Assembly (NCBI GenBank): GCA_001179505.1
Contig: CDMY01000447.1
Coordinates: forward strand, 315,066 to 379,065
Reading direction: 5' to 3'
Source: Vitrella brassicaformis CCMP3155
Lineage: Eukaryota; Protista; Chromerida
DNA length: 64,000 nt
Part shown: piece after piece, positions 23,421 through 35,372 of the stretch
Position numbering within the stretch: the stretch's first letter is position 1
Layout of the letters: every line of letters starts with the position of its first letter
Made by a program: the position numbers and the translations under genes
Notes under the pieces: model-generated
Databases searched by the model: none
What the model was told of the DNA's origin: nothing
What the model saw: only the letters and a program-made list of their open reading frames with translations

Positions 23421-24161
23421 ACGCGTATCCAGTCGACCGGATCGTGTGTGTGCTGGGCAGCTGCTGGTTGGGTGTGCGGTGCATGCCAAGCATCCCCTGC
23501 AGCACCGCACAGCACAGCACAGGACAGAACAGGACGGCCCGAATCGGGTGTGTGAGTGTGTTGGTGGTGTGCTCGTGGCAAGTCGGTGCAGTCCATGGAC
23601 GGATGGATGGATGGATGGATGGACACACACATTTTGCCGCACCAACAGATGGATGACAGACAGGTTCAGTCTCGCGTTCTGACAGATTCATGCGAATGCG
23701 AATGTGTGTGTGGTGGGGTGGGGTAACCGACTGGCTGACTCGGCATGCGTGACTTGACAAAATCACATGTAGTGAGTTGTTGACACTGCTGCATGCGCGC
23801 ACACCCGCCCCCCACTCCGTCCATCCGTCTATCCATCCCTTCATGACCTGCCTGAGCTTTCAGGCGGACACTAATGTGCTGCTGTCTCTCTGCGATGGCG
23901 AGGATGGCGGCCTACATCGAGTAGGGAGGAGGTAGGTTGGCTGGTACTCGTCTCGTGTGCCGTGCAATCCAAAATGATGGATGCGTCTGGCCGGTAGGTA
24001 CTTCACTTGGTGCGCACACTCATATATATGCTCCCCCCAACCGAAGTGAGAGTGTGCGAAGGGACCTCAATAAGTAAACGACCTAAGCATCCATCGCATA
24101 TATCAACGAAGACGCGTTGCGTTCGTTCATAGATAAAGTCGTTCACTGGTCATTGATCGTG

Positions 24162-24929
24162 TCACCGCCCGTCTCTCGTCCTTCTCCCGGTCCGCTCCCC
24201 CATGAAATCAAGGCCCACCCGACACACATAGAACAGCACGAAACACTCCCCAAACCCCAGAGTGTTCGCCAGCAGCAGACCAGGCAGCTCACCCGAGCCT
24301 CTCCCCCCCACCATACCGACAGCACCACCAATGAGCTTCCCCAGCGTGCCGTCGGCATCAACCATCGCCACAAAGCGCACCACAGCAAAGGCGCCAACCA
24401 CGCCATCCGAGATCTTCTGCGGATCCAGCATAAGGCCTTGGTCATCTTGACCTTGCCGTCCCTCCGCCCCCAGCTTGACGTACTTGTATACCACTGCAAA
24501 CAGAAACGCCGACACGCCAGCGCTAAGCACCTCAGCCGCAGTGTTAACAGCAAAGCCCGGCGACACACCTACGGAGCCCATGTGGTTGAGCACATAGAAC
24601 AGAAGCTGAGTAGCGCCGCCCAGAAGGCCGCCGAAGGTTGCGGCCGTGACAGTCTGCAGCCTCGCTCGTGCAGTGGGCGTCATGGTGTTCATCAGGCCGC
24701 TCAGATCCGTCACCCGCCTGCTGATCACCTCCCGCTCGTTGCCATCGGCATGTAGGCTTGTGAAATGCGGCAGATCTCTGCTGGGCCTCCTGTGAACGCC
24801 ATCAAGGACTCCAATCGCCTTGTGATGGTGCAGCGGCCACCGATGGGCGAAAGCCGCTTCATGTCGGGAGAAGGCGGGATGGATCGGCAGCAACACAGAG
24901 GAACTGACAAGCAGTGCACAAATCATCAT
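24162..24929 (-). CDS. Predicted plastid-targeted multi-pass membrane protein, single exon, 255 aa
   Basis: Signal peptide (MMICALLVSSSVLLPIHPAF) plus His/Arg-rich transit-like region; ~4 hydrophobic helices. AFLFAVVYKYV...GVVGAFAVVR recalls a cyanobacterial/plant plastid family of unknown function (LFGVTYRY...GAVxAFGLVR), from memory. Confidence 0.75.
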   Translation of the reverse strand: MMICALLVSSSVLLPIHPAFSRHEAAFAHRWPLHHHKAIGVLDGVHRRPSRDLPHFTSLHADGNEREVISRRVTDLSGLMNTMTPTARARLQTVTAATFGGLLGGATQLLFYVLNHMGSVGVSPGFAVNTAAEVLSAGVSAFLFAVVYKYVKLGAEGRQGQDDQGLMLDPQKISDGVVGAFAVVRFVAMVDADGTLGKLIGGAVGMVGGRGSGELPGLLLANTLGFGECFVLFYVCRVGLDFMGERTGRRTRDGR

Positions 24930-25210
24930 CTGAAAAGGGCAGTGGCGAGGGAGAGAGCGGTTTCACGGTATCCTAAGGCATATGCGAGCTAGGCGTGCAG
25001 AGGGCACAACAAACTGGTGCATACATGCGTCAATGTTTGGCAGATCCCCTGCGCTGCGAAGGCCATCCAGCTCGGTCGATGCCCTCGAGCTCATCGTCTG
25101 ACAGGTACATCGCCTCCGAAAGATCCGCCTGCACACCAAACTCCCGGCGTCGCAGCATCGCCACCCAGCAGCCACGCAGCTGCCGCAGTTATCATCGCAG
25201 CGTCGCACCC

Positions 25211-27597
25211 ATGCGACATTCTTTCGCCCTCTGCCTCGCTCTCCTGATGAGTGGTGAGGTGCGGTGTGACAAGCAGGTTAAGGGCGCAGTGGTTGTGCAT
25301 CGGCACGGCGGCCGGCTGCCGCTGTACAAGACGGATGTGGGCGAGGAGGGGCCGTCGGATCTGACGATGCTGGGAGAGGTGCAGCTCTACCAGCTCGGCG
25401 CTTTCCTGAGAAGGCGATACGTCGATGACTTCAAGATACTCGACACGGTAAGTACGGGGAATGCGATGCATAGATCAGATCAGCAGTGTGTGTGTGTGTG
25501 TGTGTGGTTCCTTTGTGCAGGATTACTATGCTCGTGAGTTGCGTGTCCGTTCGTCAGACTATGACCGCACTCTTCGCAGCGCCGACGCGCTCCTCAACGG
25601 CCTCTACCCGCAGGAGCTCTCGACCAGGAACATATCGCTCCTCAACGGCACTCAGCTGCAATACGTGTACGCCTCAGCATCAAAGCAATGGGGGAGCGAG
25701 CCAAGCCAAGCCAAGATGTGTTGGGTGTTGTGTGTTGTGTGTCGTGTGTTGTGTGTGTGCAGGCACACGCACGTACCGATTCACACGGTCCCCTCATCGC
25801 AGGATCCCCTTCTGCGCGGCTGGACCCTCTGCCCCACACACGTGGAGGCGCTCAGGAAATTCTACGGATCGCAGGAATTCCAGGACAAAGTAGGTTACGG
25901 CGGTTGTCTGCACATATGGGTCGACGGGCAGCAGGGCCATATGTGGCCGACCTGACCTTGTGCGGTTTGCCTTGGTGTGGTGTGTGAGCAGGAGTTTTTC
26001 ACGGGCGACCTGCGCAGGCGCGTGACGGAGAGGCAGGGTCTCCCGCAGGATGTGGCGGACCTCAGCAACTGGTACAACGTGTACGATGATGTCGTGTACA
26101 CACACACATACGCCGACGACCATCACCCGGCGCGCGTCGGCAGATTCGACCGACTCAACGGTGCGTACGCCAACACACAAATGCTCACAGAGACCACCCG
26201 AACGCATCCCTGTCTGTCTGTCTGTGTGTGTTGTGTGTGTGTGTGTTCATTCCAGCGACTGATTTGAAGCAGGTGTGGCGTCTGGCCAATTGGCTGGAGC
26301 TGCACAAGTACGACCGCGACCGTGTGGGGGCGTTCGGCGGGGGGCTGCTGGCCGAGGACCTCACACAGATCCTCATCGGCAACACACAAGGTAGGCAGGC
26401 CATGCAATCATGCCCCATCCATCCATCTCTCTGTCCATCTTTCTGTTGCGCCATTCGCGCGTGCAGGCGACGTTTCGGTGCCTCGTGTCCAGATCTACTC
26501 GGGTACACACGCACACACGTCGCTGCTTCTGACCCATGTGTGTGTGTGTGTGTGATTGGTGATCCATCGATCAGCCCACTACGGCACGATGCTGTCTTTG
26601 GCGTCTGCGTTGGGTTTGGAGGTGAGTGAGGTGCCGCCGTACGGCTCGGCCTTCCTATTCGAGATCGTCGAGATTACCAACGAGTGAGTGGGGCGGTCAC
26701 TGGGGGGTGAGGAAAATCCTCACACATCTGTCCATCCGTTCCCCTGTGTGTGTGTGTTCGTAGCGATGCGGTCGTGAGTGGGAGACGGTGGGAGGTCAAT
26801 ACCACCTACGTCAGAAGAAACTACGGTCAGCAAAGCGCGAAACACGATAACCATGACACCATCTATCTCATTGTCCCCTCTCTGACCAGACCCATCGTCA
26901 GGTTTCGGCACCCAGGAGGAAGTGCTGCCGCTGCCCTTCACCCCCGGCACCCCCTCCAGCCCACACCCTTGCTACACGGACGAGTCAGGCGCCTCGGTGT
27001 CAGCGAGCGTGTGTCCTCTTGCCGACTGGCAGAGGGCCGTGGACCTCTCGGCGCCGGTCAAGACAGAAGACGACTGGTGCAAGGCGTGTCGATCGCCGGA
27101 TGTGGAGGAGGCCGACGTCAGCGCCGTGTGCATGATGCGGGCCACCGGGGAGAGCAGTGTAGGTAAGTCAGCATCATATCCTGCCATGGACAGAGAGAGA
27201 GAGAGGGAAGGAGGGGCACACTCGTGTGTGTGTGTGTGTGTCTGTGTGTGTGCAGAGGCGCGAAGTGCTTTGTTGAATTGGGATGGTGATGGCGAGGCGC
27301 CTGGCGTCCAACAGTCCGATGACACCAGCGTCGATTTTGGCATGGACGACGGATGGGTCTTCGTACTTGGACGTAACCACACACACACACAGGGCAAGGC
27401 AACCACCCTTCCGTCATGTCCATCTGCTGGTGTGTGTGTGTGTGTGTCATTATCTTGCAGTGGCGTCAGGGTTGGTAGTGACAGCTTTGGTGTGCGTGTC
27501 GATGTGGCTGCTGTGCTACCGCAAGACGGCCCGGCGGTGGGGCTACTGCATACTCGGAGGCACCGACGCCCAGGAACTGACAGTCGGACAACCATGA
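25211..27597 (+). CDS. Histidine acid phosphatase (branch 2), signal peptide + C-terminal TM (lysosomal-type)
   Basis: VVVHRHGGRLP (RHGxRxP), LTMLGEVQLYQLG, VRSSDYDRTLRSA, PPYGSAFLFE; TM LASGLVVTALVCVSMWLLCY; second catalytic motif reads YSAHYGT. Confidence 0.9.
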
Positions 27598-28202
27598 CAC
27601 GACACGCAGGCAGTGCGCACCCATCCAGCCATCGTGGGGTGGGGTGTGGGGAGCGTGAGAGTTTATAGATCTGAGTGAGTGAGTGTACGGCAGTGAGCGG
27701 TAGTGAGTGTTGTTGGGGATTGCGGTCGACATGTGCTGCAAAGCATTTAGGAGCTGCGCGCGCGTGTGTGTGTGTGGGCATCTGTGCGTGTCTGTCTGAT
27801 TGTGTCACGAATCGTGTGGCTTCTTACATGAGGGGGTGCGCGTGAGTGGCTAGCGGCTCTGATGCGGTGTTTTTTCTCGCTGCAGAGGCCCGTCCGTCAG
27901 CCGGCCTGTTCGCATTTTCTCTCCACGCATTGTTTTGATGATTGTTTCGTCCGAAGTCCGTAAGCCTGTGCTGACTGAGCGCTGGAGGAGACTTTTTTTA
28001 ACAGGGGGATTCACACGGAACGCGTCAAGGGTACGGAAACCGGCCGCAAGCTGGCCGCGCGATCCTCTGGACTTCCTGCATTTTCTGACACTTTTCGCCG
28101 CATCTCACGTCGTGATGACTGCCGAGTGCATAGGCGGCCGCATCTCCCCCCTCCGTCGGCCATGAGCTCCGCTGCTGCAGGCTAGAGCGGCTCTGTTGAA
28201 GG

Positions 28203-31200
28203 ATGGGTATCCAGGGCCTGTTGAAGGCCTTGGAGGGCGTGCAGCGTGAGGTCCACATCACCGCATTCAAGGGGGAACGAGTTGCCATCGATGTGAGGCG
28301 ACACACGCACACGCGAAAGGACGTTCGTTTCGTGGATGCATATATCTGCCTCTGTGTGCTGGGCGTGTGTGTGATGTGATAGGCTTCGTCTTGGCTCCAT
28401 AAGGTGAGATGGATACACAGAGAGAACCATTGATGACGATTAACCGAGTCGATGGAGGCATGTGTGTGTGTGTGTGAGATGCAGGGTGCCTACAGCTGTG
28501 CCAAGGCGTTGGTATTGGGGGAGCCGACCACCCGACACATCGACTACTGCATCAGGCGAATCGACTCACTCATAGAACTCGGCCTCACACCGGTACACAC
28601 ACACACACACACACCCGGCGGATCTGTCTGGTCGGTCATCCCTTCATATATACTCATTCGCGCAGGTGGTTGTGTTCGACGGTGGTTCGCTGCCCGCCAA
28701 GGCCGAAGAGAATCAGCGGCGGGAACAGTGAGCTCACTCCCTGGGCTGGGGAGGTGTGTTTGTTTTGTGTACTGTCTGTGTTGTAATGGTTGTCTGTCGG
28801 TGTGGTGGTGTGGTGTGGTGTGCGGTGTTCAGGTCCCGTCGTGAGGCCCGTGACAAGGCTAAGGGTCTCATGAAGATGCAAAAGATGGAGGAGGCTCACA
28901 AGGTCAGTCAGTCAGTCAGTCAACCAATGCATTCGCCACACACACGTACTATACACCGACCGAGGCGTTGTGGTTGTGCTGTGTATGTGAATGTGTGTAT
29001 GTGTGTGTGTGTGTGTGTGTTGTGCAGTTCTTCGCCCAGGCCGTGACGATCACTGCCGAGCACGCCCATGAGCTGCTGCTGGTGAGATAGCGATGGGGGA
29101 GGGGAGGTGCATTGCACCATGCATATGGGGTGTGGTGTGTTGGTAGCGTCTGCGTGCCAAGAATATCGAGTTCATTGTAGCACCTTACGAAGCGGACGCA
29201 CAGATGACCTTCTTAGCGGTGAGCCAACCGAACCAAACCCACACAGACAGACAGTGACAGCCGCGCTGCTGCCCGTGGTGGATGGATGTCTTCTGTCTGT
29301 CTGACTGTCTGTCTGTCTGTCTGTCTGTGTGCAGTTGATAGGATGGGTGTCGCTGGTGATCTCTGAGGACTCTGACCTGCTCGTTTACGGATGCCCAAAG
29401 GTACCTACCTACCTGGACGCACGCACGCCGACACACAAAGTGTGTGTGCTCCTGCCTCTGTTGGTTTGGCTCCTTGATGAATATATGAATGCCTTCAGGT
29501 GTTGTACAAGTACGATGAGAGCGGCCGCGGCCGTCTGATCGACCTCAAGGAAATCCCGCAGGCCAGAGACTTCAAGGCACTCGGCAGATACTCACACGGT
29601 CGGTGCTCACACGCACGCGCACACGCATACACACGTGTGCCCGTGGCTGGAGCGTTCTCTGTGTGTCATTGTTCCTTCCCCTCCCTCCCTCCCTCCCTCC
29701 CTCCNNNNNNNNNNNNNNNNNNNNNNNNNNNNNNNNNNNNNNNNNNNNNNNNNNNNNNNNNNNNNNNNNNNNNNNNNNNNNNNNNNNNNNNNNNNNNNNN
29801 NNNNNNNNNNNNNNNNNNNNNNNNNNNNNNNNNNNNNNNNNNNNNNNNNNNNNNNNNNNNNNNNNNNNNNNNNNNNNNNNNNNNNNNNNNNNNNNNNNNN
29901 NNNNNNNNNNNNNNNNNNNNNNNNNNNNNNNNNNNNNNNNNNNNNNNNNNNNNNNNNNNNNNNNNNNNNNNNNNNNNNNNNNNNNNNNNNNNNNNNNNNN
30001 NNNNTTCGTTGATCAGATCTGTTTCAGCAGGTGTGCATCATGGCTGGGTGCGACTACCTCTGCAGCGTCGACAAGGTCGGCATCAAGACCGCTGGCAAAC
30101 TCGCGGGACAGTTCAGGGCAGACGTCGCAAAGGTCAGGGAGGGAGGGAGTGAGGGAATGAGTGTCTGTCTGGGTGACCGATCCGCCCGCCTCCCGCGCAT
30201 CCCTCCTGTGCCCTCTTGTGTGTGTGTGCAGATCATGAAAGCGATGCGTCTTCAGGGTCTGAGTGTGCCACATGACTACGACGTCGGCTACGCGCAGGCC
30301 AAGATGACCTTCGCACACCAAACCGTATACGACCCTAGACACGTACGCGCGTATCCCAAAACCACCACACCATCACCAGGGAGACACCCCTCTCACCCAA
30401 CCCTGCTGCGTCTCGTCTGTGTCCATCAGCAATGCCTGGCTCGCGTGCACCCCATCCCCGACACCCCCTCTCACGGCTTCGACGACATCGACTTCCTCGG
30501 CCCCTGGCTGGCCGACCACATCGCACACGGCATCGCCACTGGAGACCTACACCCACACACACACCAGCCCTTCCCTGCCAACGCCGCACAGCCGCCGCCC
30601 CCAGCCCAGGCAGCCAAGAAGCAGACCAAGCTGCCCTTTCTCCCCATCGGCGACGCACCTGCACCTGCACCTGCACCTGCACCTGCGCCAGCAGCAGCAG
30701 CAGCAGCTGGTGCTGGTGCAGGGGGTCAGGCGAAGGGCAAGAATGACCATCGTCAGAGGCCCAAGGGAGGTGTCAGGAATGGTGTCAAGGGCAGCAGCAA
30801 GGGTGGGGCGTCAGGGAAGCAGCCGAGCATTCTGCAGTGGGCGAGGAAGGAGGACAAGAAGGGTGGTGGAGGTGGCAGGGACGGGGAGGGGGACGACTGC
30901 GAGATCACCGGAGGTAGGCGAGATGGGTCGGATGTGTGTGCCCCGTGCATCGGTGTCTCTGTGCGTCTATCGTTTCAGAGTCTGAGGCTCCGTTAGCTGA
31001 TCTGGGTCGCCGTCTCGGGTTTGACAAGGTGACCTGGGAGAAGGGCATGGGCATCAAGAACACAGCCGCAGTCCGCAACAACAGCAAACCACCAGCACAA
31101 CCACACAAGGACAAGGACAAGGACAGCAACAACCACTACAGCGGCGCCAATCCCCCACCACTGGGAGTTCTCGCCGGGCTCAAGCACAAAGCCAGGATGG

Positions 31201-33641
31201 TCAAGAACAGGAACAACCACACCACAGCCGCAGCAGCGCCCAAGTCACCTCCGCTGCCCCCCTTCAAGCCCGTCTTCATTCACGGCCCTTCCCCTCCCCC
31301 CGACAGCCCGATTGACATCGACGGCCCATCAGCCCGCGAAGGCGTCGCTCTCGCACCCCCACCAGCACGCCCGCTCCTCGCGGCGAAGCACGACCAAGAC
31401 CAGAAGGAGGACAAGGACAAAGACATCGATGCCAGCGGTGAGGGCGGGCGAGTGCGGCGTCCGCTGTTCGGCGGCAAGAAGCCGATGAACGGTCTGAAGC
31501 TGTCAGGGACCAAGGTCAACGCGGACGCCGTGTACTGCTTGTACAACGTGACGATGGATGCGGAGGAGGACGGGCAGGGCGTGGTGGCCAAGATGAAGGC
31601 ATACGCACAGGGCAAATTGCCCACGGCTTTGGGAAAAGGGTGGGAGGGAGGCGGCACACCGAGGGACATGGACGCGACTGAGGAGAAGAAACAGGCCGCC
31701 CACCACCACCAGCAGCAGCAGCAGCAGCAGAAGCGTCCACATGTCGACACGCCACGTGTCCCCCCGGCTGCCCCGCCCCCTCCCGCCAAGAAGCCCTGCC
31801 CTGCCGACTTTAGCGCCTTCATCTATCGCACCCATGACGGCCACAACCTCCACCAGCAGCACCAGCAGCACCAGCCGTCTCGCTTCGGGCCGGCCAGGCA
31901 GCAGCAGCAGCAGCAGCACGAGGGCACGGTGTCACCTGACCATCCCATGCATCAGCATGACGACGATGCATGCGAGCCGATGCCCCAGGAGTGTGATGAT
32001 GGCTGCCAGGTGGAGGACGAGGAGGCCATGATGATGCGAGAGGAGGCGGAGGACGAGGCCATGGAGATGGAGCATGCAGCCGAGATGATGGAGGAGGATG
32101 CCGACATGATGAGGCAGCAGGCCATGATGGTCACAGAGGGGATCATGAGAGACGGAGCCATCGACGAGGAGGCCGTGGTGATGCAGTACAATCGGCCGCT
32201 AGCAGCCAGCGAGCGCGTGGAGGTTCTGGGCAGCTGTCTTGTGGTAGTGAACGACCTGCGGGATCGGCCATTCGGCGACGACGACCCGCCTGAATGGCGG
32301 CAAATCAACTACCGACCCACAAAAGTCGTGGAGACTCTCAAGGTGTACCCAAGCAGCTTGTACCCAAGTCCACCCCCCCGCAGGGCCCGGCCCGAGGAGA
32401 GCCCCTCATCACGCCCTGACGGCCTGCCATGCTCCCCGGCCAAACTCGTCTCCCATTACACCGGCAAGGCACTGGCCGCCCTTCAGGCCAAGGACATCGC
32501 CCCCCGCGCCCGCCCCCACAACCTCTTCCAGCAGGCACTGAGGGAACGCCGCGCAGAGGAGCTGGGCGAACAGCAAGACACTGACACCTTCGCCGTGCCC
32601 CACAGCGACCGTATCGACCTTCTCGACAGCTTCGGCTACCGCCCCCCCATCGGAGGCAGTCGGAGCGGGCGCGGTCTGTTCGCTGGCGCACTTGTGGCGC
32701 GCAGGCGTGAGGTAGAGGAGGAGAGCATGAGTGGGGACCGGCTGTGGTACGGCCCGGCGGAGAACATGCGCCAGGGGGACAGGCAGCTGGAGAGGGCCGC
32801 CCAGCTCGACATGGCATCCGGTGTAGAGGGTGAGACGCCTGACGATGCCACCGCAGCCACGCCACACTATGATGGGCATCAGCAGCAGCAGATGATGATG
32901 GAGGGCGGCGAAGAGCCCATGGCAGAAGAGGCGGGTCAGGAGGAGGCCGGCGGAGGACAGGACATCGCAGTGGACGGGCAGGAGCAGCCACGGCTGGCAG
33001 CGGCGGACCGTCCAGGTGGCGAGTCGGAGGCCGTGCTTGACATCGACGTGTCGATAGACCATGACAAGGGGGTGGATGCCAATGGCGGTGGTGCTGATGG
33101 TGCTGTGCTGGAGGAGTACGATGCCGTCCGCTGCCACAGCGGCCAGCGCAACGGCACTGACGACACCCACCCTCTACAGCCCGCCCCTCCCGTAGCAGAT
33201 GAAGGCAAGAAGGACGATCGGCCTGCATCCGGCCCTCCCATTGACGACAACAACCCCCCTGCAGCAGCACCAGCAGCAGCATCAGCAGCAGCCACCTCTG
33301 CAGCCCCCAAGGAGGCCCGTGCAGCCAAGGACAAGAAGGCCCCACCACCAGCAGCATCGGCCAAGGTCGAGAAAGAGCAGCCGGTTATTGGTGGCGGTGG
33401 CGAGAGGGGTGGCGGCACGAAGGGCGCTGCGAGGGAGGGGCGTGGGCGTAAGGAGAGGGTGGTGGACAAGCAGGCCGATCATCAAGACGATGAACAAGGT
33501 CAGGTCACTCAGGCGGCCAAGTGGCCCCACGTGCGCTCATTGTAATAATGTTGGTGCATGTGTGTGTCAGGTATGGTTGTGTCGTCTGCGGCATTCCTGG
33601 ACAAGCTGCAGTCGTTTGTGTACAAGGCCAAGGCCAAGTGA
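28203..33641 (+). CDS. EXO1: Exonuclease 1 (XPG/RAD2 family) with a ~900-aa low-complexity C-terminal region
   Basis: MGIQGLL, AID|ASSWLHK|GAYSC (21-nt micro-exon), VVFDG, APYEADAQ, SEDSDLLVYG, CIMAGCDYL, GIKTA, FAHQTVYDP. Terminal exon ends FLDKLQSFVYKAKAK*. Spans the N gap. Confidence 0.93.
29705..30004. other. Assembly gap (300 N) inside EXO1
   Basis: Run of N following a (CCCT)n microsatellite. Confidence 1.
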
Positions 33642-33963
33642 CGCGCTGCCTTGGTTGCTCCAAACGAACGTAGACAGCTAGTACTGACATGACTGACATG
33701 CACTTTGCGGCGACGTCTACTGTGCATGAGACCATTCGTTGCGGCCAGCGAGTGAGAGAGAGAGAGAGAGAGAGAGAATGGGGGGACCAACTGTGTGTTT
33801 AGAAACAGACGATCGCTGCCTGCCTGCCTGCCTGCCTGGCCTGACCCGCCCTCTTCTCTGTTGTCCATACCTCTGTCCATATTATTATCTGTCTGTACGC
33901 AGACATCCGTGTGTGTGTGTGTGCTTTGATGGGTGGATGCATGGATGGATGGATTGACGCGTC

Positions 33964-34091
33964 GCTGTGTTTTGTGTGCCATTGCGGGTCCGGCGCGAGA
34001 TGCCTTCTAAGCTGCAGGCGATGCAGGCGATAGAAGGCTGCAGCTTAGAATGCCGCTCATGCAGGACCGACTGCGGGGCACAAGACACGGC
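33964..34091 (+). ncRNA. Long in-register fold-back hairpin between convergent EXO1 and AP1S 3' ends
   Basis: Perfect 13-bp core TTCTAAGCTGCAG (34005-34017) / CTGCAGCTTAGAA (34038-34050), extended outward about 40 more positions with symmetric mismatches and G-U pairs. Confidence 0.45.
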
Positions 34092-34354
34092 ACGTGGCGG
34101 TAGAGCCGATGGATGGATGGATGGACGGAGTCGCGTGACTGAGGCAATGAGACGCCTGTGCCCGCTATGATGAATGAATGAGCGGATGAATGAGTTAAAT
34201 CGACCAAAACAAAATCGTCTGGATGGCGTGGCGTAGACCGTATACACAGCACGTCAGTCAGTCAACCGGCAGGGCAGCACCTCTGCCTGCCTCTACCTAC
34301 GTTGCCCATTCTTGTCAGTCAGGCGGTTGTTCAGTCAGTCAGTCAGTCAGTCAG

Positions 34355-35054
34355 TCAGAAGACTGTGGTTTTCTTGGCAGCTGCGGCGTCTTTGCCCTCC
34401 TCCATCATTTGGTCCTGGGCCGCCACCACCCGCAGCACCGTCTTCTTGCTGCTCTCCTGCAGCTCACCAGATATCAACAACTCGTCCAGTATGTAATACG
34501 CCTGTTTGCAAAGACACCACACCAACACACATCCTGTGTGTGTAATACTGCCAATGGCCTGCCCTGCCCTGCTGTGGGCGTGTGTAGCGTGCCTTGCCTT
34601 GTGGAAGTTGAATATGAGGTCGAGTTCGCAGACGTTGCCGAAGTACCTGTCGAGTATCTCGACAAAGTGGTGGATCACCTCCAGTGTGATCAGCTCGTTG
34701 TCGTCCTTGTCGACGCACGCCACAAAGTACAAACTCGCATACCTACACACAGATAGACACTCACACAGTCAGACAGACAGACAGACGGACAGAAAGCCGC
34801 TGTGTGTCAATATAATGTGCTGGGCGTCTCCTGGAATGAGTGGAACGCTCAGCTGGCCTGCGCACGCACCGTTTGAAGACGAGTTTGTAGTCCCTCCACT
34901 CGAGGAAGTTGCATAGCTTGGGCGGCCTGTTGAGCACCAGCTGCGCTATCTCCCGGATGGTCTTCTGCCGCTCCTTCTGCGGCTGAGGAACAAACCACTT
35001 GGCCAGACGCGTCTTGCCCTGCCGAGATATCAGCAGAATGAACTGAATCGTCAT
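34355..35054 (-). CDS. AP1S: AP-1 adaptor complex sigma subunit
   Basis: [63 protein letters not shown]|AYYILDE; 3 exons, second intron GC-AG (34597-34502). Confidence 0.97.
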
Positions 35055-35372
35055 CTCTCTCCACGGCCGCGCTGCGCTGCGCTGCGATGCTGATCTTCAA
35101 CTGATCTTCAACTCAATGTCATGCGGATCAGATCTATCTGACCACAAAGGCAGCAGTGTGGCACACAAGGTGTCGGATCTGCTGCATCTGGCTGAGGGCG
35201 ATCTTCACGCGAGCTTTTTGCAAGCTTGAAGTTTCTGGGCGAGAAAGGCACGATGGATGGGTGCCGTGTGCTGTGCATGCTCGAGCACTGATTGAATCTG
35301 GTGTCGGATCCTTCCGCCAGGCGCGGCTTTGATCAAATAGGCTTTGATCTGCAATTGTCTGCCATACCGCCG

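Noticed and set aside
31280-33469. Several long - strand ORFs (180-339 aa)
   Set aside because: Antisense and off-frame shadows of the large EXO1 exon; no independent motifs or splice signals.
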